Source: Candidatus Bathyarchaeota archaeon (lineage in GTDB: Archaea; Thermoproteota; Bathyarchaeia; Bathyarchaeales; Bathycorpusculaceae). From it: a stretch of 64,000 bases of DNA. Under the pieces are notes generated by a model that saw only the letters and a program-made list of their open reading frames with translations, was not told where the DNA came from and ran no database searches. The DNA is taken from the NCBI GenBank assembly GCA_963715865.1, contig OY970280.1:416001-480000 (forward strand). The letters run 5' to 3'. How positions within the stretch are numbered: position 1 is the first letter of the stretch; every line of letters begins with the position of its first letter. Both the position numbers and the translations under genes were made by a program. Positions 37,562 to 46,701 of the stretch are shown here, one piece after another.

Positions 37562-39008
37562 TTATCTTACTTTGCGGTCAACCAGTCTGCCATCAGCATC
37601 GACTAGTTTTACGTCTAATGGCATGTTGCCGACAGCGTGCGTTGCGCAGCTTAAGCATGGGTCGAAATGCTCTGATTACTGCTTCAACCCTGTTTAGCAT
37701 GCCTTCTTGGAGCTGTTTTGCTTTAACGTATTTCTTAGCTACCTGCGTTATTGCCATGTTGTAGGCGATGTTGTTGTGTTCCGTTGCGATTACCATGTTG
37801 TTCCATGTGATTAATCCTTGCGGGTCAACTTTGTAGTGGTGAATTAGAGTGCCTCTTGGTGCTTCAGCTACGCCGACGCCTTCATAATTGTTCACCATGG
37901 CTTTGGATGTGACGTGTTCAGAGAGGATTTCTGGGTCTTCAAGTAGTTTCTTAGCGGTTTCAACACAAAACAGCAGCTCTATCAACCGTGCGTAGTGATA
38001 GTGGAATGTGCTTTGAACAACTCCGTTCTTGCCCAGCTTCTTGAATTCCTTTAGTTCTTGGTCTGCAAGCGGTGTGTCACAGTGCGAAGCAACGTTAAGC
38101 CTTGCCAATGGTCCGACTCTGTATGCGCCGTCTGGGTAACCGATGGGTTTGAAGTATGGAAACTTCATGTAAGACCAGGGTTCAACGGCTTCACCGATAA
38201 ATTCATTGTACTTTGTCGGGTCGACACATTCAGCGACTATTTTGCCGTTCTTATCCCTTATTCGAAGTGTGCCATCGTAATGTTCAAGTCCGCCGTCAGC
38301 ACTTACCAAACTCATATAGTATGTTGGGAAGTTGCCGAAGTTTTCAACTTCTTCGTCGAATCCTTCCAGCCACTTCTTGAATAGCGCAATGGTTTTGAGT
38401 GCGCTTTCTTGGGCTTCAGGCAAATTAGACAACAGGTAATCAGCTCTTTCTTTTGTAAGTGGCCATTTGGCGCCGCCTGGCAAAATCCAGTCGCTTGAGT
38501 GAATTCTTTTGCCAGCTATTTTCTCGATGAGTTCTTGACCGAACTTTCGAAGCCTGATGCCTTGGCGTGCAAGTTCAGGCTGCTTTTCTATCAAGCCGAA
38601 CACGTTTCGTACCGCTGGGTCAGCATCCATACCTAACAGCAAGTCAGGCGATGAAAGGTAATAGAAGTTTAATGCGTGAGATTGAATCAGTTGCCCCATG
38701 TGCATTAGGCGACGCAGCATTATGGCAGTTTTTGGTGGGCTGACTCCGACGATTGCATCGCACGCTTTGGCTGAAGCTAATAGGTGGCTTACTGGACAGA
38801 TACCGCAAGCTCGTGATGTTATGCCGGGCATTTCGTAGAATGGTCTACCTTCAGTGAATTTCTCGAAACCTCTGAAGTCAGTCACTTGGAACCTTGCGTC
38901 TCTTACAGTATCGTCGTCTTTTAGGAAGATGGTTACTTGAGCGTGCCCTTCGATTCTTGTTATGGGGCTGATTACGATTTGTTTACCGTTTTTTTGTTCC
39001 TTAACCAT
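37562..39008 (-). CDS. hoxH: Group 3d (Hox) [NiFe]-hydrogenase large subunit, frameshifted just before DPCxxC
   Basis: ITRIEGH and RACGICP motifs. There is one extra T at 37665-37667; the corrected tail is [18 protein letters not shown]...KVR. Confidence 0.85.
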
Positions 39009-39543
39009 ATTTTGATCTACCCTCCATGTTAGGTGTTCTGCCAGCCAACAACTCGGTTAACACGTAGTTAATCAGGTCTGCAGATGGCGGACACCCAGGA
39101 ATGAAAAAGTCAACTTTAACAGCTTCATGAAGCGGACGAGCCTTAACAAGCAGTTTAGGCACCTGATCTGGACGCTGCGGGTTCAAATCAGACTTGTCAA
39201 GGTAAGCTCTCTCCAAAACTTCTTGGTCACTGCGGTCCCAAGCGTTTCGCAAAGCGGTAACGTTTCCTGTTACAGCACAGTCGCCCAGTGAAATCAAGAT
39301 TTTACTTCTTGCTCTAGCTGTTTTAAGCATAGCTAACTGTTCCTCGTTGGCTAAAGCGCCCTCAATCAAGGTTACGTCAACATTTTCTGGGAATTGCTTA
39401 ATGTCAGCGATTGGGCTGTAAACTAGCTGTATTTTCTGGGCTAAATCAATAAGTCGCTCATCTTGGTCTAGGAATGACATGTGGCAGCCTGAGCAGCCGC
39501 TAAGCCAAATGGTGGCGACTCTAACTTTTGCGGGTGGGGTCAT
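39001..39543 (-). CDS. hoxY: Hox hydrogenase small subunit
   Basis: WLSGCSGCHMS, GDCA and PGCPP motifs; 180 aa, single-cluster type. Confidence 0.88.
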   Translation of the reverse strand: MTPPAKVRVATIWLSGCSGCHMSFLDQDERLIDLAQKIQLVYSPIADIKQFPENVDVTLIEGALANEEQLAMLKTARARSKILISLGDCAVTGNVTALRNAWDRSDQEVLERAYLDKSDLNPQRPDQVPKLLVKARPLHEAVKVDFFIPGCPPSADLINYVLTELLAGRTPNMEGRSKYG

Positions 39544-40247
39544 TTGCGGTTCCTCCTTGCCACGATAAACTCGGCAATATCTTTACGCTTACTATGTGCG
39601 ATGGGTTCTCCTTCTATGTAAATGGCTCCAACAGGACAAACTTTAGCGCATTTGCGGCATGAAGTGCAAGAGCAAGAATTAGCCCAATGCTCATCAAGAT
39701 CCATGATTACCTGAGAATCTTTACCTCGCAACTTCAGGTCAAGCGTGTGAACACCTTCAATTTGATCACACACACGTATGCACCGAGTACACAAAATGCA
39801 CCTGTTCCGATCAATAACTAAGAAGTCATGAGTGGAATCAATTTCGTCGCGGCTCCAGTTTCGCTCAAACATGACATGGTCAACGCCAAGCTGGTTTGCC
39901 ATGTCTTGCAGTTCACAGTGTTCGTCGGCTATGCAGACTGAGCAGATGTGGGTTCTCTCGGCAAGAAGCATCTGCACAACCATCTTGCGGTATTCTTTTA
40001 GTTTTTCTGAGTTAGTGGTAACTTCCATTCCAGTGCTCACAGGAGTTATACAAGCTGGGAAAAGCTTAGGTGAACCGCTAATCTCGACGAGGCAAAGGCG
40101 GCAGCCGCCATAGGCGGTTAAGCCTTCTAGGTTGCAGAGCGTGGGAATAATGATGCCGATGTCTTTGGCAGCTTTGAGAATCATTGTGCCTTCTGGAACG
40201 GTAACTTCAACACCATCTATTTTTAATTTAACAGTTCCAATACTCAA
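39540..40247 (-). CDS. hoxU: Hox diaphorase Fe-S subunit (NuoG N-terminal-like)
   Basis: IPTLC..GGCRLC, HICSVC..C, CILCTRCIRVC and CTSCRKCAKVCP motifs. Confidence 0.88.
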   Translation of the reverse strand: MSIGTVKLKIDGVEVTVPEGTMILKAAKDIGIIIPTLCNLEGLTAYGGCRLCLVEISGSPKLFPACITPVSTGMEVTTNSEKLKEYRKMVVQMLLAERTHICSVCIADEHCELQDMANQLGVDHVMFERNWSRDEIDSTHDFLVIDRNRCILCTRCIRVCDQIEGVHTLDLKLRGKDSQVIMDLDEHWANSCSCTSCRKCAKVCPVGAIYIEGEPIAHSKRKDIAEFIVARRNRK

Positions 40248-40250
40248 GTT

Positions 40251-41896
40251 TTAAGCCTCCTTCCCATTTTTGAAACATTTACCTGCCTTGCATTTTTTCT
40301 CAACAATATGCTCAAGGTACTCATCTTTGAAGTATCGCAAAGTTGTCAAGACAGGGTTCGGTGCTGTTTGCCCCAGACCGCAAAGGCTTGCGTCTCTTAT
40401 GAAAACGCCAGATTTTTCTAAGGTTGCAATATCATCCATTTTGCCAGTGCCTTGCGTGATTCCATCGAATATTTCTTTTATTCGTGCAAGCCCTGCTCTG
40501 CAAGGAGTGCATTTTCCGCAGGATTCATCAACGCAGAATTCTGTGAAGAACTTTGCTGTATCCACCATGCAGGATTGGTCATCAAGGACAACGATGCCTC
40601 CTGAACCCATGATTGCGCCGACTTTTGTTAATGAGTCATAGTCTATTGGAAGTTCAAGTAAAGTGTCTGGTAGACAACCGCCTGAAGGACCACCAACCAA
40701 GACTGCCTTGAATTTTCTTCCATCAGGGACTCCTCCGCCAATATCAAAAACAACCTCTCTTAGAGAGATTCCCATAGGTACTTCAATGAGTCCTGGATTG
40801 TTGATTTGACCAGTTAAAGAGAAGCACTTTGTTCCAGTGCATTTAGGCGTTCCAATCTTTGTGAACCATAAGCCACCGTTCTGCACGATAAGCGGGACGT
40901 TGGCTAGGGTTTCAACGTTCTGGATAAGTGTGGGTTTCTTCCATAAACCAGAATTCGATGGATATGGTGGGCGTGGACGAGGCATTGCTCTCTGACCTTC
41001 AACCGAGGCAAGTATGGCTGTTTCTTCTCCAGCTACGAATGCGCCCGCACCGAAGCGTAGTTCAAGGTCAAACTTGAAGGACCCCATTTCAAGAATGTTA
41101 TCGCCAAGTAGGGACATTGCTTTTGCTTGAGCGATGGCTTTCTGCAAAGTTTGAATAGCCAGTGGGTACTCGGACCTAATGTAAATGTAACCTTTTTGTG
41201 CTCCCACGGCGTAAGCAGCTATTAGCATGCCCTCAATTATAGCGTGCGGGTCAGCTTCTGCTAAAGTTCGGTTAGCAAAGACTCCCGGGTCTCCTTCATC
41301 CAAGTTGGCGACTATGTACTTGGGAAAGTTTTGTGCTCTTGCTACGAGGCTCCATTTTTGCCCAGTTAAAAAGCCTGCGCCACCTCGACCTCTAAGACCA
41401 CTGGTTTTAACTTCGTAAATTACGCCTTGGGAGTCATGGTTGCAAGGCATTTAGCTAGGGCAGAGTAGCCACCTGCGGAAATGTAATCTTGAATTCTTGA
41501 AGGATCAATTTTGCCAGCATTTCTCAAAACAAGCCTATGCTGCTTCTGGAAGTATGCTTGGTTCTTGTAGAGCATTTCTTTGACTGGTAACCCTAAAACA
41601 ATGTGGTCACGCACTATTTCTCGAACTTTTTCAGGAGTAACACTCTGATAGAGATAATCTCCTGGTTCAATCAGCACTGCTGGACCAACTGAGCATGTGC
41701 CTATGCAGCCTGTACGTGCAACTTTGCATTCCTTATCAACGCCGAATTCTTTAACCGCATCTTCGAATGCTTTTAGCACTTTTAAAGCGCCGAAAGGAAC
41801 ACATCCGCTTGAGCAGCACACATTAATGCGGTATTTGTAGGCTCGTTCAAAATCTACTTCATGCTCAGCTACTTTTTGAAGATCATCAAGTTTCAG
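40251..41896 (-). CDS. hoxF: Hox diaphorase FMN/NAD subunit (NuoF-like), split by a 1-nt frameshift
   Basis: The 5' part has a thioredoxin-like 2Fe-2S domain. The 3' part has SGLRGRGGAGF, DEGDPG, GEETA and SCGKCTPCR. One base is missing at 41429-41431. Probable CTG start at 41896 after GGAGGGG. Confidence 0.85.
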
Positions 41897-42374
41897 TTTT
41901 AACCCCTCCAAGTGCACTTTTAATTTTTGCTATCACTACCTCTTTTGTGGCTTTACCGATCACTTCGTCGTCCACAACAATGTTTGGCGCCATTGCACAC
42001 GCACCAATACAGCGAGTTACAAGCAGTGAAAGCTTTCCGTCTGGTGTGGACCCGCCGCGTTTAAGACTGAATTCTTCTTCGATCGCCTGCATGATTTGTT
42101 CAACACCTTTCACATAGCAGGCGGTGCCTAAGCATCCGGTTACGACGTGTTCACCTGGTTTTTTAAGTTTAAAGTAACTATAGAAAGTCGCTACCCCGTA
42201 GACATGGCTGGGAGGAATGTTTAGTGAACCAGAAATATCCATAAGCAAATCTTTATCTAGGTACCCGTAAATTTCTTGGGCACGATGCAGTATTTCTAAA
42301 AGAGCGCTTTCTTGAAAATTATGTTCTTTCAGAACTTTTTCCAGCAATAAACGTCTATTATCTATCTCAGGCAA
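41886..42374 (-). CDS. hoxE: Hox 2Fe-2S subunit (NuoE-like)
   Basis: YGVATFY, CLGTACYVKG and RCIGAC motifs. Confidence 0.88.
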   Translation of the reverse strand: MPEIDNRRLLLEKVLKEHNFQESALLEILHRAQEIYGYLDKDLLMDISGSLNIPPSHVYGVATFYSYFKLKKPGEHVVTGCLGTACYVKGVEQIMQAIEEEFSLKRGGSTPDGKLSLLVTRCIGACAMAPNIVVDDEVIGKATKEVVIAKIKSALGGVKTET

Positions 42375-42608
42375 GCATTTGATCCTCCATTGAGTTTATG
42401 GGAATCATGTTCATCGCAGGCACTACTTGAAGTCCTAGTATAAAAGGTTAGAGGAGCAACTAAATGGAATTTTATAGAAAATTTTCATAAAATATAACGT
42501 AACTATCAAGGAATTTAGTTGTAAAGGATCAAGAAAATAGGCTTTCCCCATTCTTTTCCTTCTTTTAGAAAACAATAAATTGCTCAACTCATCAATATTA
42601 GCAAAAAA

Positions 42609-42627
42609 ATTGCTTACATTAAGCAAT
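42609..42627. promoter_or_regulatory. Perfect inverted repeat ATTGCTTA-cat-TAAGCAAT, candidate operator
   Basis: Lies in the divergent hox/hyd intergenic region, just upstream of the SD of the sulfhydrogenase operon. Confidence 0.45.
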
Positions 42628-42642
42628 CGGAGAAGAGTTAAA

Positions 42643-44559
42643 ATGCGTATAATATCAAAAGAAAACTTTACCGAGTTTGTCAACGCTCTGATAAAAGATA
42701 GTTCTTTGAACGTTATAGGCGTCAAAGCCAAAGGTGATAAATTCGCTTTTGGACCCTTAGAATCTGCCAATGAACTGCGATTGGATTACGATGTTACCCT
42801 TCTTCCGCCTAAGAAGTATTTTTTTCCACAAAGAGAAACCTTAGTAACTTATAATGTTGGAAAGGGATTTTCCGCCAAAAATCCATCTGAAATCAAGCCC
42901 ACGGTAATAATCGGGGTTCATCCATATGACATGATAGCTCTTCTCCACATGGATGAAATCTTTAGCGAAACAAAATCAGACCCTTACTATTTTGAAAAAC
43001 GAAAATCGTCGATAATTATCGGCGTAAACATTCAAAAAATGTCAAAGTGGTGTTTTGCATCTTACATGGGCTCTGTCACAGTAGAATATGGCTATGATCT
43101 TATGCTTACTGATCTTGGAAACAGGTACGCCATCAATATTGGCTCGCCAAAAGGTGAAGAGCTTTTAGATAAATATGCCAAAAACGTGGATAATGCGCTT
43201 GCAAGAGACAGCCAGCTGGTCGGTCAGAAAAAACGGGAAATAATGGCGATGACTCAGCAAAAGCTAGATTTTCCACCAGAATTAATTCCTGAAATGCTAA
43301 GCAAAAGTTATGAAGACAGCATGTTTTGGGAGAAACATTCAGAGAAATGTTTAGCATGCGGTTCCTGCGTCCTTGTTTGTCCCACGTGCTACTGCTTTGA
43401 CGTTAAAGATAATCCTGATTTGTCGCTTGAACATGGCGAACGAGTAAGAACATGGGACGGATGCTTGCTGGAAGATTTTGCGAAAATCTCTTCGGGAGAA
43501 AACTTTCGCCCAACAAGACCGACCAGATATAGGCACAGATACTTCAAAAAAGGCAAGTACTTGTTTGACCGATTCGGATTTATTTCATGTGTTGGTTGCG
43601 GCAGATGCTCCTCAAACTGCCTTCCCAACATTGCCAATCCAGTCAACCTATTCAACGATATGTACCATGAAAGCCAAAACAGCGGAGTGCAAGTAACAGT
43701 TGCATCAACACCAGAAATTAAGATTCAAACTGAAGGCAACATAGACTACGTTCCCAGACTGGCAACAATAATAAAGAAACAACCCATGACTGCTAATGAA
43801 ACGTTATTTGAAATCAAGTTAGACGACGGCTCAGTACTAGGTCACAAACCAGGCCAATTCGTTGAAGTTTCAGTTTTTGGAATAGGCGAAGCACCAATTT
43901 CTATATCGTCGCCGCCGACAAAGAAAAACACGTTTGAACTATGCGTCCGCAAACTGGGCAACGTAACAACCAAGATGCATACGCTTAATGTGGGCGATAA
44001 AGTGGGAATAAGAGGACCATTCGGAAATGGCTTTGACGCAGAATCCCTGAAAAACAAGGACTTGCTTTTTGTAGCAGGCGGTCTTGGGCTGGCGCCATTG
44101 CGGTCATTGTTCAATTATGTTCTTGATAACCGAAAAGACTACGGCCAAGTCACGTTGCTTTATGGTTGTAAAGAACCAAGAGAACTACTTTTCGCTGATG
44201 AACTCCTTGCGCTCGCTAAGAGAGACGATGTAGAATTCAAGCCTACAGTTAACTGGTGCCCTGAAAACGAAGCTTGGACAGGCAACATAGGCGTAATCAC
44301 AACTCTGATTCCTGAAGTCAACTTTGATCCAGAAAAAACTTACGCTGTAGTTTGTGGTCCACCAATCATGTACAAGTTCGTTATCGCCGACCTAAAAAGC
44401 AAAAACGTTCCAGACGACCACATAATCATCTCTTTAGAGCGAAGAATGAAATGTGGAGTTGGAAAATGCGGCCACTGCCAAATTAACCAAGTCTATGTAT
44501 GCAAAGATGGCCCAGTGTTTAATTATTCAAAAATTAAAGGAATCCCGGAGGCGCTTTAA
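42643..44559 (+). CDS. Fused sulfhydrogenase beta (AsrA-like Fe-S) and gamma (FAD/NAD(P), AsrB-like) subunits
   Basis: N-half has CLACGSCVLVCPTCYC and CVGCGRC..NC. C-half has KPGQF, PISISS, RGPFGNGF, AGGLGLAP and CGVGKCGHC. One continuous ORF. Confidence 0.85.
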   Translation: MRIISKENFTEFVNALIKDSSLNVIGVKAKGDKFAFGPLESANELRLDYDVTLLPPKKYFFPQRETLVTYNVGKGFSAKNPSEIKPTVIIGVHPYDMIALLHMDEIFSETKSDPYYFEKRKSSIIIGVNIQKMSKWCFASYMGSVTVEYGYDLMLTDLGNRYAINIGSPKGEELLDKYAKNVDNALARDSQLVGQKKREIMAMTQQKLDFPPELIPEMLSKSYEDSMFWEKHSEKCLACGSCVLVCPTCYCFDVKDNPDLSLEHGERVRTWDGCLLEDFAKISSGENFRPTRPTRYRHRYFKKGKYLFDRFGFISCVGCGRCSSNCLPNIANPVNLFNDMYHESQNSGVQVTVASTPEIKIQTEGNIDYVPRLATIIKKQPMTANETLFEIKLDDGSVLGHKPGQFVEVSVFGIGEAPISISSPPTKKNTFELCVRKLGNVTTKMHTLNVGDKVGIRGPFGNGFDAESLKNKDLLFVAGGLGLAPLRSLFNYVLDNRKDYGQVTLLYGCKEPRELLFADELLALAKRDDVEFKPTVNWCPENEAWTGNIGVITTLIPEVNFDPEKTYAVVCGPPIMYKFVIADLKSKNVPDDHIIISLERRMKCGVGKCGHCQINQVYVCKDGPVFNYSKIKGIPEAL

Positions 44560-45297
44560 ATGAAGACAAAAGTAGCATTCTTTGATTTTGCTGGTTGCGA
44601 AGGTGACCAATTGCAAATCGCTAATTTGGAAGAAGATTTACTTGCCCTTCTTGACCAAGTTGAAGTAGTTAGCTTTAGAGAAGTCATGAAAGAACACAGC
44701 GACAACTACGACATAGCATTCATCGAAGGGTCATGCACTCGGCTTCAAGACGAAGACAGGCTAAAACAGATCAGAAAAAACGCCAAGATAGTGGTTGCCA
44801 TAGGCTCATGCGCAACAATCGGCGGCATAAACTCGTTGAGAAACTACAGGGAACTAGATGATGTCAAAAAAATCGTTTATGGTGACAGCGCAAAACTCTT
44901 CGACGCCTACACCGCAAGACCGATAGACGCCATAATAACTGTGGATGCCTACGTACATGGATGCCCAATAGACAAAGAAGAATTCCTCAACGTAGTTAAA
45001 TCACTGTTACTTGGAAAGAAACCTGACATACCCACCTACCCTGTTTGCGTCGAATGCAAAAAGAACGAAAACGTGTGCGCTTTTGAAAGAGGCCAATTCT
45101 GCGTGGGACCAGTCACAAGAGCAGGTTGCAACTCCTGCTGCATTAACGAAGAAACTATATGCTGGGGATGCCGAGGTTTAGTAGATAATCCTAACGAGAA
45201 TTCTCAAAAAGAAGTTTTAATCAAATATGGCTTAACAGTGGATGATGCAATTAGTAAGTTTAGGTTGTACTTTGGTTGGCAGGAGAGGAGAAAATGA
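44560..45297 (+). CDS. hydD: Group 3b hydrogenase small (delta) subunit
   Basis: FAGCEGD, GSCA, HGCP, PVCVEC and CWGCRG motifs. Confidence 0.85.
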   Translation: MKTKVAFFDFAGCEGDQLQIANLEEDLLALLDQVEVVSFREVMKEHSDNYDIAFIEGSCTRLQDEDRLKQIRKNAKIVVAIGSCATIGGINSLRNYRELDDVKKIVYGDSAKLFDAYTARPIDAIITVDAYVHGCPIDKEEFLNVVKSLLLGKKPDIPTYPVCVECKKNENVCAFERGQFCVGPVTRAGCNSCCINEETICWGCRGLVDNPNENSQKEVLIKYGLTVDDAISKFRLYFGWQERRK

Positions 45298-46604
45298 AAA
45301 ACCGCAACTTAAACCTTGAAGTACACCATGTTACACGTGTTGAAGGGCATGGCAACATATATGTGAACGTACGAGATGGAACAGTCGAAAAATGTGAATG
45401 GGCAATTCCAGAAGCACCTAGATTCTTTGAAGCCATGGTTGTTGGCCGCCAATACAGCGAGTTACACCACATAACCTCTAGAATCTGCGGAATCTGCTCA
45501 ATAGGTCACACGCTTGCTTCGCTTAAGGCAACCGAGGCAGCCATGGGCATAAAAATAAGCGAACAAGACCTAAAACTTAGGAAACTAGCGCTTCACGCAG
45601 AAAACCTGCAAAGCCACATTTTACATTTAGGATTCCTAGTCTTGCCCGACCTTTTAGGAGTAGGCTCAGTTATTCCACTTGCATCTTCAAACCCGAAAGA
45701 AGTAAAAACCGTTCTACGCTTGCATAGAAAAGCAAATGAAATGTCAAATCTACTCTGCGGCAGAACCACGCATCCTCAAAGGCTGATGCCGGGCGGCTTC
45801 TCAAAAATCCCTTCAATTAAAGAATTAACATCGCTCAGACAGAAATTGAAAGAGTCCGTTCCAGATCTTCAAGCCGTTGCAGAATTATTCAAAAGTTTAT
45901 CTCCTAAACTGCCTGATTTCACTAGAGAAACAGAATTCATCGCGTTAACCAGCCCTGACGAGTACGCGCTGTACGATGGAAAAATTGGCTCAACTGACAC
46001 TGGCACAGCGCCGACAAGCGAGTACCTATCATTTGCAAACGAGTACATTGTACCCATATCCACCGCCAAACGCGCAAAACACGCCCGTGAATCCTACATG
46101 GTCGGAGCACTTGCCAGATTCAACCTTAACTACGATAAACTCTCACCTTTAGCTAAGAAAACAGCGGAAATGTTCGACCTCAAACCCGTTTGCCATAACC
46201 CATTCATGAACAACATTGCACAACTCATAGAAGTTGTTCACAGCTTAGAAGACTCAATTAAGCTGATTAATGAATTGGAAGCGGCAGGCTTGAAGAGCCA
46301 ACCAGACTACAATAAACCAGAAATCAAAGTTAAAGCTGGGGGTGGAGTAGGCGCTGTTGAAGTTCCAAGAGGCATACTTTTCCACGATTACACATACAAT
46401 GACAAAGGATATTGCACTAAAGCCAACTGCATAATCCCCACAAACCAAAATCACGGAAACATCGAGTTAGACATGAAAGCACTGCTGCCAAAGATTCTTG
46501 ATAAACCTGAGAAAGAAATTGAGCTAAACTTGGAAATGCTCGTCAGAGCCTATGACCCATGCATTTCTTGCTCGACGCACTACATAAAAGTTCACTTCGT
46601 ATAA
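45294..46604 (+). CDS. hydA: Group 3b [NiFe]-hydrogenase large (alpha) subunit
   Basis: VTRVEGH, APRFFE, RICGICS and DPCISCSTH motifs. Confidence 0.9.
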   Translation: MKNRNLNLEVHHVTRVEGHGNIYVNVRDGTVEKCEWAIPEAPRFFEAMVVGRQYSELHHITSRICGICSIGHTLASLKATEAAMGIKISEQDLKLRKLALHAENLQSHILHLGFLVLPDLLGVGSVIPLASSNPKEVKTVLRLHRKANEMSNLLCGRTTHPQRLMPGGFSKIPSIKELTSLRQKLKESVPDLQAVAELFKSLSPKLPDFTRETEFIALTSPDEYALYDGKIGSTDTGTAPTSEYLSFANEYIVPISTAKRAKHARESYMVGALARFNLNYDKLSPLAKKTAEMFDLKPVCHNPFMNNIAQLIEVVHSLEDSIKLINELEAAGLKSQPDYNKPEIKVKAGGGVGAVEVPRGILFHDYTYNDKGYCTKANCIIPTNQNHGNIELDMKALLPKILDKPEKEIELNLEMLVRAYDPCISCSTHYIKVHFV

Positions 46605-46622
46605 ACTTTCAAACAACTGCAG

Positions 46623-46642
46623 TTTTTTCTTTTTTTATTTTT
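46623..46642 (+). terminator. Oligo-T terminator after hydA
   Basis: T-rich tract about 20 nt after the stop, in a convergent intergenic gap. Confidence 0.4.
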
Positions 46643-46701
46643 AAGAAATTATTGTTGGGAAAATAAAGAGGTTTAACTATGATCTCAAAAAAAGGTTGCT
46701 G

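Noticed and set aside
37655-37670. Programmed +1 slip at hoxH UUU-CGA (Phe codon re-pairing to UUC)
   Set aside because: It is mechanically possible, but there is no regulatory logic or stimulator, and an indel in a T run is simpler.
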